Below, piece by piece: positions 43,951 to 47,035 of a DNA stretch of 47,035 bases. Numbering within the stretch: the stretch's first letter is position 1; each line of letters begins with the position of its first letter. The stretch is taken from contig JAKURJ010000001.1 in the NCBI GenBank assembly GCA_022452125.1, positions 1 through 47,035 on the forward strand, read 5' to 3'. The translations under genes and the position numbers were made by a program. The notes beneath the pieces were generated by a model, which saw nothing but the letters and a program-made list of their open reading frames with translations, searched no databases and was not told the origin of the DNA. Source of the DNA: Candidatus Poseidoniaceae archaeon. GTDB lineage: Archaea; Thermoplasmatota; Poseidoniia; Poseidoniales; Poseidoniaceae.

Positions 43951-46464
43951 TCATAGTTCAGTAGTCTCAAGTAAGAACACAGCCTCTCGAGTCAAGCAGT
44001 ATCTGTTTCTCACGCCACTCCTCTTTTTCTCAACCAGTCCATACTTCTGAAGCGTTCTCAAGTGGTGACTAACCAGTTGTTGTGATCTCTCTAGACGGTG
44101 TGCCAACTCAGCTTGTGTTGGGAATAGATTCAGTTGTCCGTCATCATCTAACAAGCGCAGAATCTTGCCTTGCAAACTGTTAGGGTCTGGAGACAGAGGA
44201 GGCATTGGTAGTTCATCGTCTAGAATTCCTGGGTGAAGGTTTGATGTGAACGGATAGAACCTGACTAAACGACCATCGGCTCTTCTCCATATTCTATCTT
44301 CATCTTCGAGAATCTTTAGGTGGTGAGTAATTTGTCCATTTGACATTTCTAAAGCGGCCATCAATGCACGGAAATGACAACCTGGGTTTGCAGTTAGGTA
44401 ACCCATCAAGCGCCCTCTTTGGTAACGTCCATCACTGGTTTCGCTAGTTCTTCCAACCAATCCTAGGAACCAGAGCCCTGCACTGGTTGCAGGGATTCTC
44501 CACGACTCATTTGTTGCGATTATTGCGACAAGAAGAGAGAGAATTCCACCGCTGGCAACAACGACTCCAACGGTGACGACAGCTGGACTAATTTCCTCGT
44601 TTCCGCTTTCAATCGGAGTAACTTCAACAACTTCTGAATCTTCTTCAACAGTTTCAGTGATTACTCCTTGCGAATACACTTCTTCAACGGTAAATGAAAC
44701 TGCAGCGAAATCAGAACATTCTGGTACAGCCTCAGATTCAAAGATTAGATACTCGCCTGTTGCACCGCGCTCTGGAGCCCAGTTCACAAGTCCTTGAGCA
44801 CCAGCAAGAGTTAGAATTCCTTCATCAGGAGAATTGAGTAACCAGCAGGTTCCCAATTCGTTGGATGTTAAACTCCATGTTCCTGAGATAACCCTTGAAG
44901 CCGCAACTTCTGTTTCTTCAGTAACTTCTTCTTCGTTTGTTTCTTCAGAGACTAATGGCCAATCGAAACTAACCGATGAGCGAACTTGTGGATATGTGGT
45001 AGTTTCGAAGAATAGAGTGTATTCTCCATTATCTAATCCATCCATGTCAAATTCTATTGGGCTTAACTCAATTTCAGATGCTTGTACTGAGAACTGCTCA
45101 AGGTAATCACATTCAGACAGATGCATATCAATCTGTTCTCCAGCACTAAACAAAGCGGCTTCCAATCCGCAAATTGTAAACCAAGACATTTCAAACTCAT
45201 CACCCATCACGGATGGGATTACAGTTAGTAGACCCTCGCCGGTGAATTCAGCATCGATGAATAAAGAATCATCTTCGCAATATGTGTCACGCTCTCTAGT
45301 TAAAGTGATGAATTCTGAAGCATATAGGTCGTGTTCGGGGATTTCCATTACTACTAGCAAATCACCCGGAGGAAGATGACATCCGAACATGTCAATAAAG
45401 TTCCAATCTGGTTGTGTGAAAGATCTCACTGTATCTGGCTGCAGTTGGTATTCAACTTCATTTTCTGAACACTCTTTCATCGAACGGGAATCCATGACAA
45501 CATTGCCTGCAGAGTCTACAACCCATATCTCACCACGGCAAGATGTTGAGAAGTCAATTGCAACATCTTCAAGTCCATTGTTGAATATTGAAATGTCTGG
45601 GCTAAAGGATTCCATTTCACCGAACTGGTTATCTCCTTCAAGAACTAAATCAAGGGAAATGGAATCAAGATTGCCCGAGTTTACTCCTTGGTCAGAATCG
45701 GGTGAAGCATCAAACGAAATTGTTTGAGATAGTTCACTACCGCCGATGGAGACAGCGAACTCGTTAGTTCCAATTTCCAGTAAATAAGGAATCTGAGCAA
45801 TCGTAACAATTTGATTAGCTAGCAAATTGTTTGGTCCGCAATCACCTAACAACTCTGAGTTGATAATCAATTTACACTCTCCGAAATCAAGAGCAATATC
45901 TTCATCCAATGAGTTGTGAAGTCTAACGGAAATGATTGCCGGCTCAGCTTCAGAGAATACATCCTCTCGTGCGGTAGCGATGACACTCAATTCTACGCCT
46001 TCAGGAATATCAAAAGATGATTGAACGTGTACAGGAACTGAAGAAGAGAGTTCTTCGCCTGGGATGAAATACTCAACGATGTAATCACCCGAAGGCACAA
46101 TTTCTCCTTCAGAGTTGGTCAAGTCCCAAGTCAGCGAATTGAAACTAGTAGTCGAGAATGCATCGATATCCATGCCTCTGCTTTGGTCGAGACATTCTTC
46201 TGTTTCGTCATAAACCAGGACAGATTGACTCCAAACCCTCAGAACTTCGTCACAAGAAGGGTCGACTACTATGCTGGTCGCCTCTCCATCATTAGCAAGT
46301 GATGCGGTTAATTCAACAACGTCACCATTGCCGTACCATCCTTTGTCCGGAGCATCGACAATTGTTGCGTTTAGGCTGAGATTATTATTATCTGCAAATG
46401 CGTTAGGAGCCATGATTGCCAGCAGCCCGGCAAGAACCACAGCCAGCATTCGCTCTCTGCCCAT
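43951..46464 (-). CDS. membrane-tethered transcription-factor-like protein: signal peptide, ~600-aa extracellular domain, one TM helix, two cytoplasmic ArsR/MarR-like winged-helix domains
   Basis: The signal peptide is MLAVVLAGLLAIMAPNAFA and the TM helix is AVVTVGVVVASGGILSLLVAIIA (about nt 44515-44583). wHTH1 is GCHFRALMAALEMSNGQITHHLKILEDEDRIWRR. wHTH2 is QAELAHRLERSQQLVSHHLRTLQKYGLVEKKR. Confidence 0.65.
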   Translation of the reverse strand: MGRERMLAVVLAGLLAIMAPNAFADNNNLSLNATIVDAPDKGWYGNGDVVELTASLANDGEATSIVVDPSCDEVLRVWSQSVLVYDETEECLDQSRGMDIDAFSTTSFNSLTWDLTNSEGEIVPSGDYIVEYFIPGEELSSSVPVHVQSSFDIPEGVELSVIATAREDVFSEAEPAIISVRLHNSLDEDIALDFGECKLIINSELLGDCGPNNLLANQIVTIAQIPYLLEIGTNEFAVSIGGSELSQTISFDASPDSDQGVNSGNLDSISLDLVLEGDNQFGEMESFSPDISIFNNGLEDVAIDFSTSCRGEIWVVDSAGNVVMDSRSMKECSENEVEYQLQPDTVRSFTQPDWNFIDMFGCHLPPGDLLVVMEIPEHDLYASEFITLTRERDTYCEDDSLFIDAEFTGEGLLTVIPSVMGDEFEMSWFTICGLEAALFSAGEQIDMHLSECDYLEQFSVQASEIELSPIEFDMDGLDNGEYTLFFETTTYPQVRSSVSFDWPLVSEETNEEEVTEETEVAASRVISGTWSLTSNELGTCWLLNSPDEGILTLAGAQGLVNWAPERGATGEYLIFESEAVPECSDFAAVSFTVEEVYSQGVITETVEEDSEVVEVTPIESGNEEISPAVVTVGVVVASGGILSLLVAIIATNESWRIPATSAGLWFLGLVGRTSETSDGRYQRGRLMGYLTANPGCHFRALMAALEMSNGQITHHLKILEDEDRIWRRADGRLVRFYPFTSNLHPGILDDELPMPPLSPDPNSLQGKILRLLDDDGQLNLFPTQAELAHRLERSQQLVSHHLRTLQKYGLVEKKRSGVRNRYCLTREAVFLLETTEL

Positions 46465-46553
46465 GGTAAACCATGGGCGTCATCCCTTAGAAGTGATGCG
46501 GTTCATGCCATTGGTGAGCGAAGATGGCAGATTGCATTCTAGAAACCGAAAAA

Positions 46554-47035
46554 ATGCTAGTTTTACAGGCGCAGTTGGGCGATTGGGACAATCTCAATCA
46601 CCTATTGGTTTGTAAGAAAACCAACAAAGCGGTCATTATCGACCCATTCTTCTCAGATTACTGGTCTAATTTGTGTAAAGAGAACGGTTGGGAACTGGAA
46701 CAAGTTTGGCTAACACATTCACATTGGGACCACTCTAAGGGCGTGGATGGCTTGCAACAAAAGCAAGTATGGGTTCATGCTGATGAGGCTTTGCGTGGAT
46801 GGAATGGCCCTTCAAACAATGAATGGAACAACAAGGCCAATTCATTCGTTATCCAGAATATAGGTGAATTGAAACTAGAAGCTCATTGCACACCAGGGCA
46901 TACTCCTGGGCACATGACTTTCATCGGTGAAGGCGTTGTCATCAGTGGGGATTGCATGTTTTTGGGCCGTTGTGGAAGAACTGACTTGTTTGGAGGCGAT
47001 GTCGAGGCCCAGCGCGAATCAGTGCTGCATCGAAG
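46554..47035 (+). CDS. metallo-beta-lactamase-fold hydrolase (glyoxalase II-like), 3'-truncated by the window edge
   Basis: My own translation from the ATG at 46554 is MLVLQAQLGDWDNLNHLLV...VWLTHSHWDHSKGVDGL...HCTPGHTPGHMTF...SGDCMF. It contains the HxHxDH metal motif and downstream His/Asp ligands. It is absent from the ORF track because no stop is reached. Confidence 0.75.
   Translation, partial: MLVLQAQLGDWDNLNHLLVCKKTNKAVIIDPFFSDYWSNLCKENGWELEQVWLTHSHWDHSKGVDGLQQKQVWVHADEALRGWNGPSNNEWNNKANSFVIQNIGELKLEAHCTPGHTPGHMTFIGEGVVISGDCMFLGRCGRTDLFGGDVEAQRESVLHR

Noticed and set aside
1-47035. A window-wide look for mobile elements, CRISPR-Cas, restriction-modification, toxin-antitoxin or other defence islands.
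   Set aside because: I recognised no transposase or integrase motifs, no terminal inverted repeats flanking a cargo, no Cas signatures and no paired methylase/endonuclease. The lone SAM methyltransferase (32039..33268) is co-oriented and overlapping with pyrE and looks like an RNA-modification enzyme. The only nuclease-fold candidate, the TPD-motif gene, has no defence-type partners.

Overview
The window looks like a low-GC chromosomal segment from an archaeon. This rests on DNA polymerase D large subunit, primase PriL, the S13-S4-S11-RpoD block, MptE-type pterin kinase, pantoate kinase, a DUF373 protein and a Pcc1-like protein. My guess, by inference only, is a planktonic euryarchaeote of the Marine Group II/III (Thermoplasmatota) type, because housekeeping genes are interleaved with very large Ca-binding-repeat surface proteins. 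I call 37 protein genes, mostly housekeeping: xth, hflX, fumC, isoaspartyl peptidase, cyclophilin, pckA, glmM plus an LbH acetyltransferase, priL, mptE, polD-large, pyrE, rps13/4/11, rpoD and leuS. There are also three very large secreted or membrane proteins and several unknowns. I saw no transposase, integrase, Cas, restriction or toxin-antitoxin signatures. The outstanding anomaly is a roughly 0.9 kb G+C-rich, non-coding segment at about 4890-5817 on the + strand, lying between two convergent genes. It folds almost end to end into hairpins: 12 carry YUCG tetraloops, one stem is a perfect 11 bp and another a perfect 12 bp. It also contains an internal array of about 50-nt two-hairpin modules. 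I interpret it as a large ornate structured RNA that I cannot assign to any known class. Secondary points of interest are a membrane-tethered double winged-helix regulator with a ~620-aa extracellular domain, a CDIN1/TPD-motif PD-(D/E)xK nuclease-like gene, a 1266-aa polytopic membrane protein, and a 96-nt convergent overlap between leuS and a surface-protein gene. All product calls come from motif recognition by eye and memory. No searches were run.
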